From NCBI GenBank assembly GCA_963796105.1, contig CAWCKJ010000002.1, positions 32,001-96,000 on the forward strand: a stretch of 64,000 nucleotides of DNA, given 5' to 3'. Shown here in pieces: positions 1 to 11,900 of the stretch. Both the position numbers and the translations under genes were made by a program. Position 1 is the first letter of the stretch; every line of letters begins with the position of its first letter. This DNA is from a candidate division FCPU426 bacterium. Its GTDB lineage: Bacteria; Oederibacteriota; Muellerivitia; Muellerivitales; Muellerivitaceae. The notes under the pieces were generated by a model that worked only from the letters and a program-made list of their open reading frames with translations, ran no database searches and was not told the origin of the DNA.

Positions 1-11
1 TAAGGCAAGGA

Positions 12-428
12 ATGGAGGCCGATGTGGGACCGCGTGGAAAGGAAAACGAACCACCCTTACTGCTCTTCGACGGCGATTGCGGCTTATGCACCGGATTGGC
101 GGGGATTATTCAGAATGCTGCCAGGGGCCGGAAGATCATTTTTGAGCTGCTGCAATCGGCGAAATCGAAAAAAGCACTCTCGCGTTACGGTCTAGAAACG
201 GGAAAAAGGGATTCCATCGTCCTGATCCGGGAAAACCGGGTTTATCTCAAATCGGACGCGGTTTTGGGTGTTCTGGAGATGATCAGGAGCGTGCTGGGCT
301 TGCTCAGTTTCTTAAGGCTGGTTCCCAGTCCTACCCGAAACTGGGCTTATGGCTGGGTAGCCCGGAACCGTGGTTTATTCCGGAAAAGCCCGACCTGCCG
401 GGCGCCTTTTTCCAAAACTGCGGGATAA
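12..428 (+). CDS. DCC1-like (DUF393) thiol-disulfide oxidoreductase family protein
   Basis: N-terminal LLFDGDCGLC (DxxCxxC) motif; DSIVLI...KSDAVL and C-terminal Y-x-WVARNR, typical of the family; RBS-like AAGGA upstream. Confidence 0.85.
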   Translation: MEADVGPRGKENEPPLLLFDGDCGLCTGLAGIIQNAARGRKIIFELLQSAKSKKALSRYGLETGKRDSIVLIRENRVYLKSDAVLGVLEMIRSVLGLLSFLRLVPSPTRNWAYGWVARNRGLFRKSPTCRAPFSKTAG

Positions 429-429
429 G

Positions 430-1032
430 CTATTCGCATGGCCGGATCTTGCGCCGGGTCGAGGCAAACTCCGCCTTGATCCTTTTCATTTCATCGGTCA
501 GCTGTTTGACGCGTTTGGAGTCGGTGTTGCTCTTTTCGATCTCGCTCTCCAGTTCGACCCTTTTGATATGCAGGGGATAGGACTTGTGGAGGGAATTGAA
601 GAATTTTAATAATTCAGGGTCGCAATGGTCGGGTTGCAGGGTCATCAGGTTCAAGGCGTTCGCCAGGGCCACCTCCATGAAATCCTGCTTGAGGCCGGGA
701 TTCATCCCGATGTAGCGGTTGAACTCCCGGATGCCGGTCAGGTACATTTCCTTGGCCCGGTCATCCCGCTTGCGCTGGTAGAAGCGCCCCATCAGGTAGA
801 AGAACTCGGGGTCAAAAATTTCCGAAAAGCCGTTCTTCTCGAACCATTCGACCGCCTCCAGGGTTTCGGCGCTCGTTTCCTTCGTGAAATGCCGGCGCAG
901 GCAGATCTTGGTGAACTTCACCCTGAGGCCGATGTCATCCGGGATTTTATTGAGAGTTTCCCGGTATTGAAGTTCCTCAGCCGTTTGGGGGTTTTTTTTG
1001 AATTTATTGATAAGAGAAGTAAAGAAACCCAC
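430..1032 (-). CDS. hypothetical helical (TPR-like) protein
   Basis: 200-aa ORF with helical, TPR-like segment FYLMGRFYQ...AKEMYLTGI; convergent with the DCC1 gene. Confidence 0.6.
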   Translation of the reverse strand: MGFFTSLINKFKKNPQTAEELQYRETLNKIPDDIGLRVKFTKICLRRHFTKETSAETLEAVEWFEKNGFSEIFDPEFFYLMGRFYQRKRDDRAKEMYLTGIREFNRYIGMNPGLKQDFMEVALANALNLMTLQPDHCDPELLKFFNSLHKSYPLHIKRVELESEIEKSNTDSKRVKQLTDEMKRIKAEFASTRRKIRPCE

Positions 1033-1225
1033 GTTCGAAGCCTCCGATCCTGCCCAAGCAGTGTAGCAGGGTTTTGAGGAGACTTATTATAGGGCCATAC
1101 GGGTAATTAGTATTTTAAAAGTGGGATTGGCCCTTTAAATGTGAAAAAGCTTTGTATTCTCGGCTGTTTTTCCCCGCATTTTGGCCGTTAAAATGGGCAG
1201 GAAGGGATTCCAAGCCGCGGGTATA

Positions 1226-2221
1226 TCAATAAGTGTTAGGCCCGAAAATTTGGATGTTGTCCCTGTCGTAGTCGCCCACGTAAATATTGCCGTTGAACAG
1301 GAGCAGGGCGTTCGGCCCCGAGAAGGGTGTGGCGGACCCGAAATTCCCGTTCATCTCGCTGATAAGCGCCCCGCCGTTGGTATAGACATCCACCACGCCC
1401 CGGTCGTAGTCGGCGACATAGATGTTCCCGCTTCCATCCACCGACAGGCTGAAGGAGGGCCAGTTGTCGTTGTTGGAGAAGATATTCCAGCTGGTGGCGG
1501 TCCCGGTGATGGAGGGAAGCTCCCAGACCTTGAAATTGCCCGCGTCAAGCACGTAAAGGTTGTTGGAGGTGTCCAGGGCCACGGCCGCGGGCCAGAAATT
1601 CCGGTTGTTACCGGCGTTCCACACTCCCAAGGTGGCGCCGCCGGAGGCGAATTCCTCCACCTGGTAGTTATCCATATCCGCGACATAGACGTTGCCGTTG
1701 GAATCCAAGGCGATGCCAGCGGGGCTGTTGAAGCTGGTGGATCCGTATCCGGTCCAGGAGGTAATCCCTGTCCCGGAGGAGGATGGACCGAACTCGTAAA
1801 CCGCGGCTCCGGTGGTTCCCTCGTCCCTGGGGTTCCCTGCGTCCAGGACATAGACATTTCCAGTGGTGTTATTCACGGCTACGCCTGAGGGAATGTAAAA
1901 AGGCTTGGTCCCATATCCCGCCCATTGAGCCACGGAGGCGTTGGTTCCCGAGTCGAAAAGCTGGATTTGGCTGACTGAGGCCGCGTCGCCCTCGGCCGCG
2001 TAGATGTAACCGTTGCCCGCGGCCATGCCATTGGGGGCGCTGGCTTGCCAGCTGGAAATGAAGGGAGGGGTGGGCGACTGGGTAGGGGCAATCGTGGGGT
2101 TGGAGACGACGACAGGCCCGCTGCCGCCGTAGTAAGGGTTCAAGGGAATCGTGTTGTTCACGCAGGACCAGGAAAGAATGAGGGAGGCCGCCAGGGCCAG
2201 AAGTGAGAGTGTTTTTTTCAT
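1226..2221 (-). CDS. NHL-repeat (beta-propeller) lipoprotein
   Basis: Signal peptide ending SWS-C; repeated P-x-G-[IV]A[LV]D-x-x-GN[VI]YV[AL]D blades. Confidence 0.85.
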   Translation of the reverse strand: MKKTLSLLALAASLILSWSCVNNTIPLNPYYGGSGPVVVSNPTIAPTQSPTPPFISSWQASAPNGMAAGNGYIYAAEGDAASVSQIQLFDSGTNASVAQWAGYGTKPFYIPSGVAVNNTTGNVYVLDAGNPRDEGTTGAAVYEFGPSSSGTGITSWTGYGSTSFNSPAGIALDSNGNVYVADMDNYQVEEFASGGATLGVWNAGNNRNFWPAAVALDTSNNLYVLDAGNFKVWELPSITGTATSWNIFSNNDNWPSFSLSVDGSGNIYVADYDRGVVDVYTNGGALISEMNGNFGSATPFSGPNALLLFNGNIYVGDYDRDNIQIFGPNTY

Positions 2222-2341
2222 TTTGCGCCTCGAATAGGATGCGGGATTTTCAATCCATTATCTTTTAGACGATGCTGCCGGGTTAAAAGTTACGCTTTTT
2301 GGGTATCCAATTTCAACTGGGTTACCATACCCCGGTCGTAT

Positions 2342-2393
2342 AAAAAAAGAAAGGCGCGGAACCCGGGGGTATTACCGCCGGGTATCGCGCCTT
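2342..2393 (-). terminator. intrinsic terminator
   Basis: Stem AAGGCGCG...CGCGCCTT followed by a U-run on the minus strand, just downstream of the 2413-2865 gene. Confidence 0.65.
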
Positions 2394-2412
2394 AACAAAC
2401 CATCCGGAGGGG

Positions 2413-2865
2413 TTAAAGCAAAGCGTTGATGTTAGACCCCGAGCTCGACCCGAAATTGGCCAGGTCGTTGTTCACCAGCATTTGGGCCTGCAAAGCCAGG
2501 GCGCTATTCATGTTGGTGGCCGATTGGGTGCTGGAGGTTGGCGTGGAAACTATCCCCAACTGCTGTTCCAGCTGGCTCACCTGCGCCGACACCGAGCCCA
2601 GGTCCGAGGCGAGTGAGTTGGTGGAGCTTAAAAGCGAATCAGTTGAATCCGTTCCCGAGACCGCGTCATAAAGGGTGGTCATGTTGTCGTATTCGACCGC
2701 TAAAAAAGCGTCTTCCATCTTCTGGGCGGGTGTCGTGGCCTGGCTCATGGCTTGGCTGAAAATGGAACTGAAAGGGGTGGCCCCCCCCAGCAAGGACCCC
2801 GCCGAGCCGGAAGATAAAAGATCGTTCAACGCGCTGGAGCTGATGTTGTTTAAACCGTTAAGCAT
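2413..2865 (-). CDS. Ser/Ala-rich hypothetical protein (150 aa)
   Basis: ATG at 2865 preceded by a strong AGGAGGT RBS; the longer upstream ORF extension is probably spurious. Confidence 0.65.
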   Translation of the reverse strand: MLNGLNNISSSALNDLLSSGSAGSLLGGATPFSSIFSQAMSQATTPAQKMEDAFLAVEYDNMTTLYDAVSGTDSTDSLLSSTNSLASDLGSVSAQVSQLEQQLGIVSTPTSSTQSATNMNSALALQAQMLVNNDLANFGSSSGSNINALL

Positions 2866-3036
2866 GGGATACCTCCTGATGTTCTTAATATCCCTAACGG
2901 CATTTTTAGGATTTCCTGAAGGGGAAAAACAAATGCGGTTTGTTGCTTTAAATGGTCGAATAACCCTATAACTATGGGCGGGTATTCGGGGTAAAATGGC
3001 GCTTATCCGCTGTACGCGGCCAAAGGGAGGCAGGCT

Positions 3037-3873
3037 ATGTTTTGGGTGGACCACGAGAGAATAGTCCGGTTACTTTGTTTCTTGGTTGTATTCGGCCTAA
3101 TGGCCTATTGGGAGCTCAAGACAACTCTCCGCGCTCCCTCCGCCCCCAGGAAAGTCCGGTGGAACGGCAATTTATGCCTCACGGTATTGAACACCCTGGT
3201 CATCCGGCTTTTGTTCCCTGGCGCGGGCCTCTGGGCCGCCCTCTGGGCCTCCCGCCACGGGTTAGGCCTTTTCAACAAGATCGAGGAACCTGGCGTCTTC
3301 GCGGTCCTCTTCACGCTGGTTTTCCTGGACTGGGTGGTGTATTACCTGCACCGGGCCTACCATGCCTTGCCGTTTTTCTGGAAATTCCACCGCGTGCACC
3401 ACTCGGATACCGAGCTGGATGTCTCCACGGGTGTGAGGTTCCATCCCGTTGAGATGTTGTTTACCATGCTGTTCAAATCCGCCTTCATCATTATTCTCGG
3501 GGCCCCCTTGGAGGGAGTCCTGCTTTACGAGGTTCTCTTTAATATCTCCTCTCTTTTCAGCCATGGGAACGTGGGCGTCAAGCCGGCCCTGGAGAAGTCA
3601 CTGCGCCATGTGTTCGTGACTCCTGAGATGCACTTGGTGCACCATTCTGCTGTTCCCGCTGAAACCAACAGCAATTTCGGGTTCGTTTTTTCCATTTGGG
3701 ATAAGTTCTTGGGGACTTACAAGGCCCAGACGGAGGCCCCGCCGGAGGCGGTGAAAATCGGATTGGAAAATTTCAGGGAGCCGGCGTACCAAAGGATTGG
3801 CCCGCTTTTACTGATGCCTTTTTACGACAAACAGGGGTTCATTTCTTTCAAGAACCTGATCCGCCGCGATTAA
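3037..3873 (+). CDS. sterol desaturase / fatty acid hydroxylase family membrane di-iron enzyme
   Basis: His boxes HRAYH, HRVHHS, HxN and HLVHHS; NSNFG motif; transmembrane helices. Confidence 0.9.
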   Translation: MFWVDHERIVRLLCFLVVFGLMAYWELKTTLRAPSAPRKVRWNGNLCLTVLNTLVIRLLFPGAGLWAALWASRHGLGLFNKIEEPGVFAVLFTLVFLDWVVYYLHRAYHALPFFWKFHRVHHSDTELDVSTGVRFHPVEMLFTMLFKSAFIIILGAPLEGVLLYEVLFNISSLFSHGNVGVKPALEKSLRHVFVTPEMHLVHHSAVPAETNSNFGFVFSIWDKFLGTYKAQTEAPPEAVKIGLENFREPAYQRIGPLLLMPFYDKQGFISFKNLIRRD

Positions 3874-3885
3874 AGGCGGCTGGCC

Positions 3886-4458
3886 TCAGTACCGGCTTCT
3901 TTTTTTGATGAGTGCTTTCATGTTCCCGTTTGTACGGGTTTTACCGGTGAAGCTGAGAAAGCTTACTATCAGGCTGATAACGCAAAGAACGTACAAGGGG
4001 ATCAGTCTCATCGATCCCTTCGAGCCGGTCAGTTCCATCTTTTGTTTCATTTCATCCAGCCGGCCTTGTAATTTCCCCAATTGAGTCCTGAAGTCATTCT
4101 CTTCCCCGGCGCTCATCCGCGCCGAATCCCCGCTGTTTAGCGCCGGGACGGTTGACTTCGGGGCTTTTCCGCCGATCCAAATGACGGTTTTTCTGGAACG
4201 GTCTTTCTCAACCGTGAGTTTCTCCAAAAGATTTTTTGAGTTTTTATCATTCGGGTCCTTCTCCAGGGATTTTGCCGTCAAAAGGATGGCCTGGTCATAT
4301 TTGCCCCCCAAGTAGGCCGCCAAAGCCTGGTGGTACAAAATATTCGCCTCGGAGGAGCGCGCCGGGGAAGGCGCGGGTGTTTGGGCGTTTAGGAAACTAA
4401 AGCCGAATAACGCGATCCCCCCGGCCAAAGTCCATTGGATGAGGGGTGTTTTTCTCAT
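3886..4458 (-). CDS. secreted/membrane TPR-like protein
   Basis: Signal peptide (..FLNA|Q), TPR-like LYHQALAAYLGGKYDQAI, coiled coil and C-terminal TM; 4-bp overlap with the upstream gene. Confidence 0.7.
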   Translation of the reverse strand: MRKTPLIQWTLAGGIALFGFSFLNAQTPAPSPARSSEANILYHQALAAYLGGKYDQAILLTAKSLEKDPNDKNSKNLLEKLTVEKDRSRKTVIWIGGKAPKSTVPALNSGDSARMSAGEENDFRTQLGKLQGRLDEMKQKMELTGSKGSMRLIPLYVLCVISLIVSFLSFTGKTRTNGNMKALIKKRSRY

Positions 4459-5912
4459 GGGATCAGGCCCTCGTGGCGCGCGGATTCCAGCTTGCGCAAA
4501 AGGTCCCTGATCTCGTAATTATTTTGGTCCAATTCCTCGGCTTTCCTGGCCGCTTGAAGCGCTTCCTGGTAATGGTATTGGTTGAAGGATTGGAGGCCGT
4601 CCTCGTAGAAATGCCGGGCCTCCAGGCTCATGGGCCTGGGCGTGGTGGTCCATTCCTCGCAGGAATATTTTTCCTCATCCCCGACCAGGGAGCGCACCAC
4701 CAAGTGGTAACGGACCCCGTTTTTCGCCCCCCTTAAAAGGCAGTAATTGTTTTTTAGCGGGGCTTTTTTCGCCGGGTGGAAATCCTTCTCGCCGTCGGTT
4801 TTTAAATAAACCACATATCCATCCGCGCTGCTTCCCTGGGGTATTTCCCACTTTAAATAGACGCATTGGTCTCCCACATAGGATTCCACGACACGGGGTT
4901 TGGGGGTTGGTTTGGAGCCGGCGTTGTCGAATACCCAGCTGAAGGCGATCCTGTGGCTGTTTCCGAGGTTATCCGCGTGGTCCATGTAGGCGTAATCCAC
5001 CGACCAATGGGCGGAGCGGTAGCTGGCGCCCAGGCTGAAATCCCCCGGCAGGGTCACGAAGCTGGTGAAGCCGGCCCTGATTCCAAGGCGCCCGTCGAGG
5101 AACCAGTGCTCCAGGCCCGCCCGGACCCGGACGTATTGGTTGTTGAGAAGGGGATCGTTCGAGAGGGTCCAGGGCAAATCAAACTCCAGAAGCGTCTCGG
5201 GGTCGAAACAAAACGCGAGGCCGGGGGTCAGGATGGGAGGCACGGTCTGCTCGACGCCGGATTGGTCGAACCGGACCGAGGTGGAGAGGTCGGTTAAAAC
5301 CAGGCCCGCCCGGAACTCCATGCTGTTCTTCAGCGCCCGCCGGTACAGGAAGCCGATGTCGGCCGCCACGCCTTGCGACGTCCCATTGCCGGACCCGAGA
5401 TCGGCGTACAGGTAGCGGATGTTCAAACCGGTAAAAAGCCGGTTCTCCTGGGTGTCCATCAGGGGAATGGCGGCGGAGGCGGTGTACTGGTCCTCATGCG
5501 AGCCGGGAATATCGCTGTAAAACAAGTTGTTCGCGCTGATGCCCAAATGAATATTGTCCTGGAGTGGATACTCGAAGGAGAGGTAGAGATTCTCGTTTTT
5601 GCCGTTGAAAAGCGACCCGTAGTTGCCCTGTAGCTCGGGGCTGTCCAGTTGGGCCAGGCCCGCCGGGTTCCAGTAGGCCGCGCTCGGGTCATCCGCGGCG
5701 GCGGTGAAGGCCCCCGCCATCCCCATCGCGCGGGTCCCGACTCCCAGTTCCCCGCCCCTGTCGAAGAGGGCGTGGAGCGGGGAGATGAGTCCCAGGAAGA
5801 ACACCGCCGCGGCGGAAAATAACAAGAGCCTTTTTATCACGGGAGATCCTTTAAGCAATGTCAGCATATTCACCTTTTTCACCGTTAACGGGAAATCATT
5901 AATTTTATGCAC
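4455..5912 (-). CDS. PorV/PorQ-like (FadL-related) outer-membrane beta-barrel with C-terminal FN3-like and TPR domains; true start may be slightly downstream
   Basis: Signature [31 protein letters not shown]; barrel end VDYAY...[11 protein letters not shown]; then [20 protein letters not shown] (FN3-like) and a TPR. Confidence 0.8.
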   Translation of the reverse strand: MHKINDFPLTVKKVNMLTLLKGSPVIKRLLLFSAAAVFFLGLISPLHALFDRGGELGVGTRAMGMAGAFTAAADDPSAAYWNPAGLAQLDSPELQGNYGSLFNGKNENLYLSFEYPLQDNIHLGISANNLFYSDIPGSHEDQYTASAAIPLMDTQENRLFTGLNIRYLYADLGSGNGTSQGVAADIGFLYRRALKNSMEFRAGLVLTDLSTSVRFDQSGVEQTVPPILTPGLAFCFDPETLLEFDLPWTLSNDPLLNNQYVRVRAGLEHWFLDGRLGIRAGFTSFVTLPGDFSLGASYRSAHWSVDYAYMDHADNLGNSHRIAFSWVFDNAGSKPTPKPRVVESYVGDQCVYLKWEIPQGSSADGYVVYLKTDGEKDFHPAKKAPLKNNYCLLRGAKNGVRYHLVVRSLVGDEEKYSCEEWTTTPRPMSLEARHFYEDGLQSFNQYHYQEALQAARKAEELDQNNYEIRDLLRKLESARHEGLIP

Positions 5913-8900
5913 TTGTTCAGTTTCTCATGAGTAGAGGGCTGAATTCCCTCCAGGACCAGAAGGTACAGGCCGGAAGAGACCCGATTCCCGTTCTTATTCC
6001 TCGAGTCCCAAACCGCGGCGCCGTGGCTCACGCTTAACTCGTTCACCCATTCCCCGGACAAGTCGTAGATTTTGATTGTACTTTGGCTGTCAGCCGGTAT
6101 GCCAGCGAAAGAAACGGTTATTTGAACGGGTTCATAACTCCGGACCAGGTTGGGCCTGGCCGTAAAGACGAGTTCATGGATAAGGCTGGGGCCGATATAG
6201 GCGTCCCTCGCCAGGGTGACCGTATTTCCACCAGGGGCGTGTTCCACCAGGAGGAAATGATAAAAGCCGTTCGGGACGGGGATTCCATTATCCGCGAAGC
6301 CGTTCCACACGGCGGCCGGCTGGCCGTTCAAGTAGATCGTGATCTGCCCGCCTGTTCCGGAGGGGTTAAGGGTGAAAGGCGACAAACTCATGGTGAAGGA
6401 TGTTCCCTCGGAGAACGGGATATTTCCGCAAAGGGAGGCCACTTTTTCCCCGCGCTCATCGAATATCTGGATGGTTTGGTCCCCGCAAACCGTGGCGCTG
6501 GGGGTCGGGGTGTAGGGAGACGTGAAGGTTGGGGTGGGAGTCACTGTCGGCGTCATAGTTTCGGTCGGGGTGTTAGTGACCGTCGGGGTGTAGGTCAATG
6601 TGGGTGTATTCGAGGGTGTATTGGTGATTGTCGGTGTGTTGGTGTCAGTGGGAGTGAGAGTAGGTGTTAGGGTTGCTGTATAGGTAGAGGTCGGCGTGTC
6701 GGTGGAGGTAAAGGTGTTAGTGGGAGTGTTCGTGATCGTCGGGGTATAGGTCAATGTGGGTGTTGGCGTAGCGGTGAGGGACGCAGTAGGGGTCATCGAA
6801 TCCGTTGGAGTGTTGGTAGGCGTTTCTGAGGGTGAATTCGTAGGTGTGTTGGTAGGAGTGTTCGTTGGGGTATTCGTCGGAGTATCGGTCCATGTGGGTG
6901 TATTCGAGGCTGTATTGGTGATTGTCGGGGTGCTGGTGGCTGTGGGGGAAAGAGTAGGTGTAAGGGTTGCTGTATAGGTTGAGGTCGGCGTGTCGGTGGA
7001 GGTTAAGGTATTAGTGGGAGTGTCCGTGATCGTCGGAGTATAGGTCCATGTGGGTGTATCCGAGGGTGTATTGGTGTTGGTCGGGGTGCTGGTGGCTGTG
7101 GGGGTGAGAGTGGGTGTAAGGGTTGCTGTATTGCTCGGGGTATCGGTAGGCGTATCAGTAGGTGTGTTTGTAGGTGTATTGGTGGGAGTTGGAGTGTAAG
7201 TCGGTGTGGTGGTAGGCGTATTTGTGGGAGTGTTAGTGGGTGTGTTTGTAGGCGTATCTGTTGGAGTATTAGTGGGAGTGTCAGTTGGTGTATTCGTCGG
7301 TGTGTCCGTTGGAGTACATGTGGGCGTGCTGGTAGGAGTGTTAGTTGGTGTGTTAGTCGGAGTATTGGTGGGTGTATCGGTAGGCGTATTGGTGGGAGTT
7401 GGAGTGTAGGTAGGTGTGACGGTAGGTGTATTCGAGGGTGTGTCAGTCGGAGTATTAGTGGGTGTATCCGTTGGAGTGTTCGTAGGGGTATCTGTTGGGG
7501 TATTAGTGGACGTGCCTGTGGGCGTGTCCGTTGGAGTAAAGGTCGGGGTGTTGGTGGGCGTATCCGTTGAGGTGTTGGTCGGAGTGTTAGTGGGTGTATC
7601 CGTTGGAGTATTGGTGGGTGTATTCGTTGGGGTATTAGAAGGTGTATTTGTTGGGGTATTGGTCGGAGTGTCAGTCGGCGTATTAGTGGGAGTGTCAGTT
7701 GGTGTATTCGTCGGTGTGTCCGTTGGAGTACTTGTGGCCGTGCTGGTAGGTGTGTCTGTTGGGGTGTTGGTCGGCGTGTCAGTTGGAGTGTTGGTCGGAG
7801 TATTAGTTGGAGTATTTGTAGGTGTGGCGGTAGGCGTATTCGAGGGTGTGTCAGTCGGAGTATTAGTGGGTGTATCCGTTGGAGTGTTCGTAGGGGTATC
7901 TGTTGGGGTATTAGTGGGTGTGTCTGTGGGTGTATTAGTGGGTGTGTTAGTTGGGGTATCAGTAGGTGTGTTTGAAGGTGTATTGGAGGGAGTTGGAGTG
8001 TAGGACGGTGTGTTGGTTGGGGTGTTCGTGGGTGTGTTAGTCGGAGTATCGGTAGGAGTGTCGGTAGGCGTATTAGTGGGTGTATTCGTTTGAGTATTGG
8101 TTGGGGTGTTAGTAGGAGTGTCAGTTGGGGTATCTGTTGGAGTATTGGTCGGCGTGTCAGTCGGAGTGTTCGTGGGTGTATTGGACGGGGTATTTGTAGG
8201 TGTGTCAGTCGGAGTATTAGTGGGTGTATCTGTTGGCGTGTAAGTAGGTGTGTTGGTAGGGGTGTTAGTCGGAGTATCGGTAGGAGTGTCGGTAGGCGTA
8301 TTAGTGGGTGTATTCGTTTGAGTATTGGTTGGGGTGTTAGTAGGAGTGTCAGTTGGGGTATCTGTTGGAGTATTGGTCGGCGTGTCAGTCGGAGTGTTCG
8401 TGGGTGTATTGGACGGGGTATTTGTAGGTGTGTCAGTCGGAGTATTAGTGGGTGTATCTGTTGGCGTGTAAGTAGGTGTGTTGGTAGGGGTGTTAGTCGG
8501 CGTATCGGTTGGAGTGTCAGTCGGCGTATTAGTGGGTGTGTCTGTGGGTGTATTAGTAGGTGTGTTAGTTGGGGTATCAGTAGGTGTGTTTGAAGGTGTA
8601 TTGGTGGGAGTTGGAGTGTTGGTCGGAGTGTCAGTCGGTGTATTGGTTGGCGTATTAGTGGGTGTATCTGTCGGGGTGTTGGTGGGCGTATCCGTTGGCG
8701 TGTAAGTTGGTGTATTCGTCGGAGTATCGGTAGGCGTATTCGTTGGGGTGTTGGTCGGCGTGTCAGTTGGGGTATTAGTCGGGGTATCAGTAGGTGTGTT
8801 GGTTGGAGTATCAGTTGGTGTATTGGTCGGCGTGTCTGTGGGCGTATTTGTAGGTGTGTCTGTTAGGGTGTTTGTGGGAGTGTCAGTTGGAGTATTAGTG

Positions 8901-11900
8901 GGTGTGTTAGTTGGCGTGTTAGTAGGTGTATTGGTTGAAGTGTTCGTGGGTGTATAAGTCGGCGTGTCGGTAGGCGTATCTGTTGGAGTATTAGTGGGAG
9001 TGTCAGTTGGAGTGTTGGTCGGAGTATTGGTTGGAGTGTTCGTAGGTGTATCAGTTGGGGTATTAGTGGGTGTGTCTGTAGGGGTGTCAGTTGGAGTATT
9101 GGTGGGTGTGTCCGTTGGAGTAAAGGTCGGGGTGCTGGTGGGCGTATCCGTTGGGGTGTTGGTCGGAGTGTTAGTGGGCGTATCAGTTGGAGTATTCGTT
9201 GGCGTATCTGTCGGGGTGTTGGTGGGTGTATTTGTTGGGGTATTGGTTGGGGTATTAGTGGGTGTGTTTGTAGGCGTATCTGTTGGTGTATCGGTTGGAG
9301 TGTTTGTAGGTGTGTTAGTTGGTGTGTCCGTCGGCGTATTCGTGGGAGTGTCAGTGGGTGTATCTGTTGGGGTATCTGTCGGTGTGTCCGTTGGGGTTGG
9401 AGTAGGTGTGTTGGTCGGAGTGTTCGTGGGTGTGTCGGTTGGGGTATCGGTAGGCGTGTCAGTGGGAGTATCGGTGGGAGTATTAGTGGGTGTGTTAGTT
9501 AGCGTGTAAGTTGGTGTATTCGTCGGGGTATTGGTAGGTGTATCTGTTGGCGTGTTCGTTGGTGTGCTGGTGGGAGTTGGAGTGTAGGTCGGTGTGTCAG
9601 TCGGAGTATTAGTGGGTGTATCCGTTGGAGTGTTCGTAGGGGTATCTGTTGGGGTATTAGTGGGTGTATCTGTGGGCGTGTTCGTTGGGGTGTTAGTGGG
9701 TGTGTCAGTTGGGGTATCTGTTGGAGTATTGGTCGGAGTATTTGTAGGCGTGTCAGTTGGGGTATTAGTCGGGGTATCAGTAGGTGTGTTGGTTGGAGTA
9801 TCAGTCGGCGTATTTGTGGGAGTGTTAGTGGGTGTATCCGTTGGAGTATTGGTGGGTGTATTTGTAGGTGTGTTTGTGGGTGTATTGGTCGGAGTATTTG
9901 TAGGCGTGTCAGTTGGGGTATTAGTCGGGGTATCAGTAGGTGTGTTGGTTGGAGTATCAGTCGGCGTATTTGTGGGAGTGTTAGTGGGTGTATCCGTTGG
10001 AGTATTGGTGGGTGTATTTGTTGGTGTGTCTGTAGGGGTGTCGGTTGGAGTATTAGTGGGTGTGTTTGTAGGTGTATTAGTGGGTGTGTCTGTGGGCGTG
10101 TCCGTTGGAGTAAAGGTCGGGGTGCTGGTGGGCGTATCAGTTGGAGTATTGGTGAGTGTATCTGTTGGGGTATTAGAAGGTGTATTTGTTGGGGTATTGG
10201 TTGGGGTATTAGTGGGTGTGTTTGTAGGCGTATCTGTTGGTGTATCGGTTGGAGTGTTTGTAGGTGTGTTAGTTGGTGTGTCCGTCGGCGTATTCGTGGG
10301 AGTGTCAGTGGGTGTATCTGTTGGGGTATTGGTTGCTGTGTAAGAAGGTGTATAGGTCGGGGTATCTGTCGGTGTGTCCGTTGGGGTTGGAGTAGGTGTG
10401 TTGGTCGGAGTGTTCGTGGGTGTGTCGGTTGGGGTATCGGTTGGAGTGTCGGTTAGTGTGTTTGTTGGGGTATCGGTAGGCGTGTCAGTGGGAGTATCGG
10501 TGGGAGTATTAGTGGGTGTGTTAGTTAGCGTGTAAGTTGGTGTATTCGTCGGGGTATTGGTAGGTGTATCCGTTGGCGTGTTCGTTGGTGTGCTGGTGGG
10601 AGTGTTAGTAGGCGTGTTTGTTGGAGTGTTCGTGGGTGTATCGGTTGGAGTATTGGTAGGTGTGTTTGTTGGGGTATTCGTAGGTGTATCGGTAGAAGTG
10701 TACGTCGGGGTGTTGGTGGGCGTGTCGGTAGGCGTGTCAGTCGGAGTGTTAGTGGGCGTATCGGTTGGCGTGTTCGTTGGGGTTGGAGTAGTTGTAGGTG
10801 TGTTGGTCGGAGTATCAGTGGGTGTATTAGTTGGGGTGTTAGAAGGCGTGGGCGTTTTGGTAAGGGTATAGGTTGGAGTGAAAGTCAAAGTAATGATGGG
10901 TGTTTTCGTAGGAGTGTTTGTTTTGGTTGGCGTATTCGTGATGGTGGGTGTGTTCGTAAAAGTGTTAACGGGTGTTAATGCGCAGTCATTCATGTTGAAT
11001 TTGTAAACCAGACCGTTGACGTTATCCGCCGCGAACCAGTTGCCGGCGCTGTCCGCGGCAACACCTTCGCTATCAGAGAAGGTGGAGGAAGTGCCCTGCG
11101 TGGTGATCCCGATCACGCTTCCGCTGGTGGTATAAATGCCCACATCATTAGATCCGTCGGACACGTAAACATAGGAAACGCCGCTGTTCGCGCCCAAGGC
11201 AATGAACTCAATTCCTTGCAAACCGTTGCTGGCATCCAATTGGAAAAGCAGGGAAGTGCCCGGGTTGTTCAACTGATAGACCTGCTGGGTGATGTCATCA
11301 CCCGCGTAAATACCGCTGCTGGCGTCAAAGGCCAAACCCGTAGGACTGCTGAAGGTCACGGGACTGCCGTCGGAGGGTCCGCCGAATTCACCTAAGGAGA
11401 CGCCGGAAGCGTTAAACAACGCGACCCTGTCGTTGCCGTTGTCAGCCACGTACACCGTGGTGCCCGCCGAATTGACCGCGATCCCCCAGGGGCTGTTGAG
11501 AACACTGCTCCCCCATTGAACGTTGCTGGAACCCGTCGTATGGCCTGTGCCATAGCCCCAGCAGACATCCACCTGGTTGTTGTTTGAATCCGTCACGTAA
11601 ACTTTTTCCGAGCCGTCAACGGCGATACCGAATGGGGAACTGCCGCCGTTTGATCCTCCCGGAACCGTCCAGCTGGCCACAGCGGCCCCGGTGGAAACGT
11701 TGAATACGTCGACACTGCTGTTGGCCCCATCCGCCACATAAAGGAGGGTGGCCGCCGAATCCAGGGCGGCGCCCCATGGGTCGGTGTCGTTGGACTGCCA
11801 CAGGCTGAGGCAATCCCACGCGGGCGGAAGGGTGGGGGTCAAAGTAGGGGTGCTGGTGAAGGTTTCAGTGACCGTATCGGTCGGTGTTGAAGTGGAGGTG

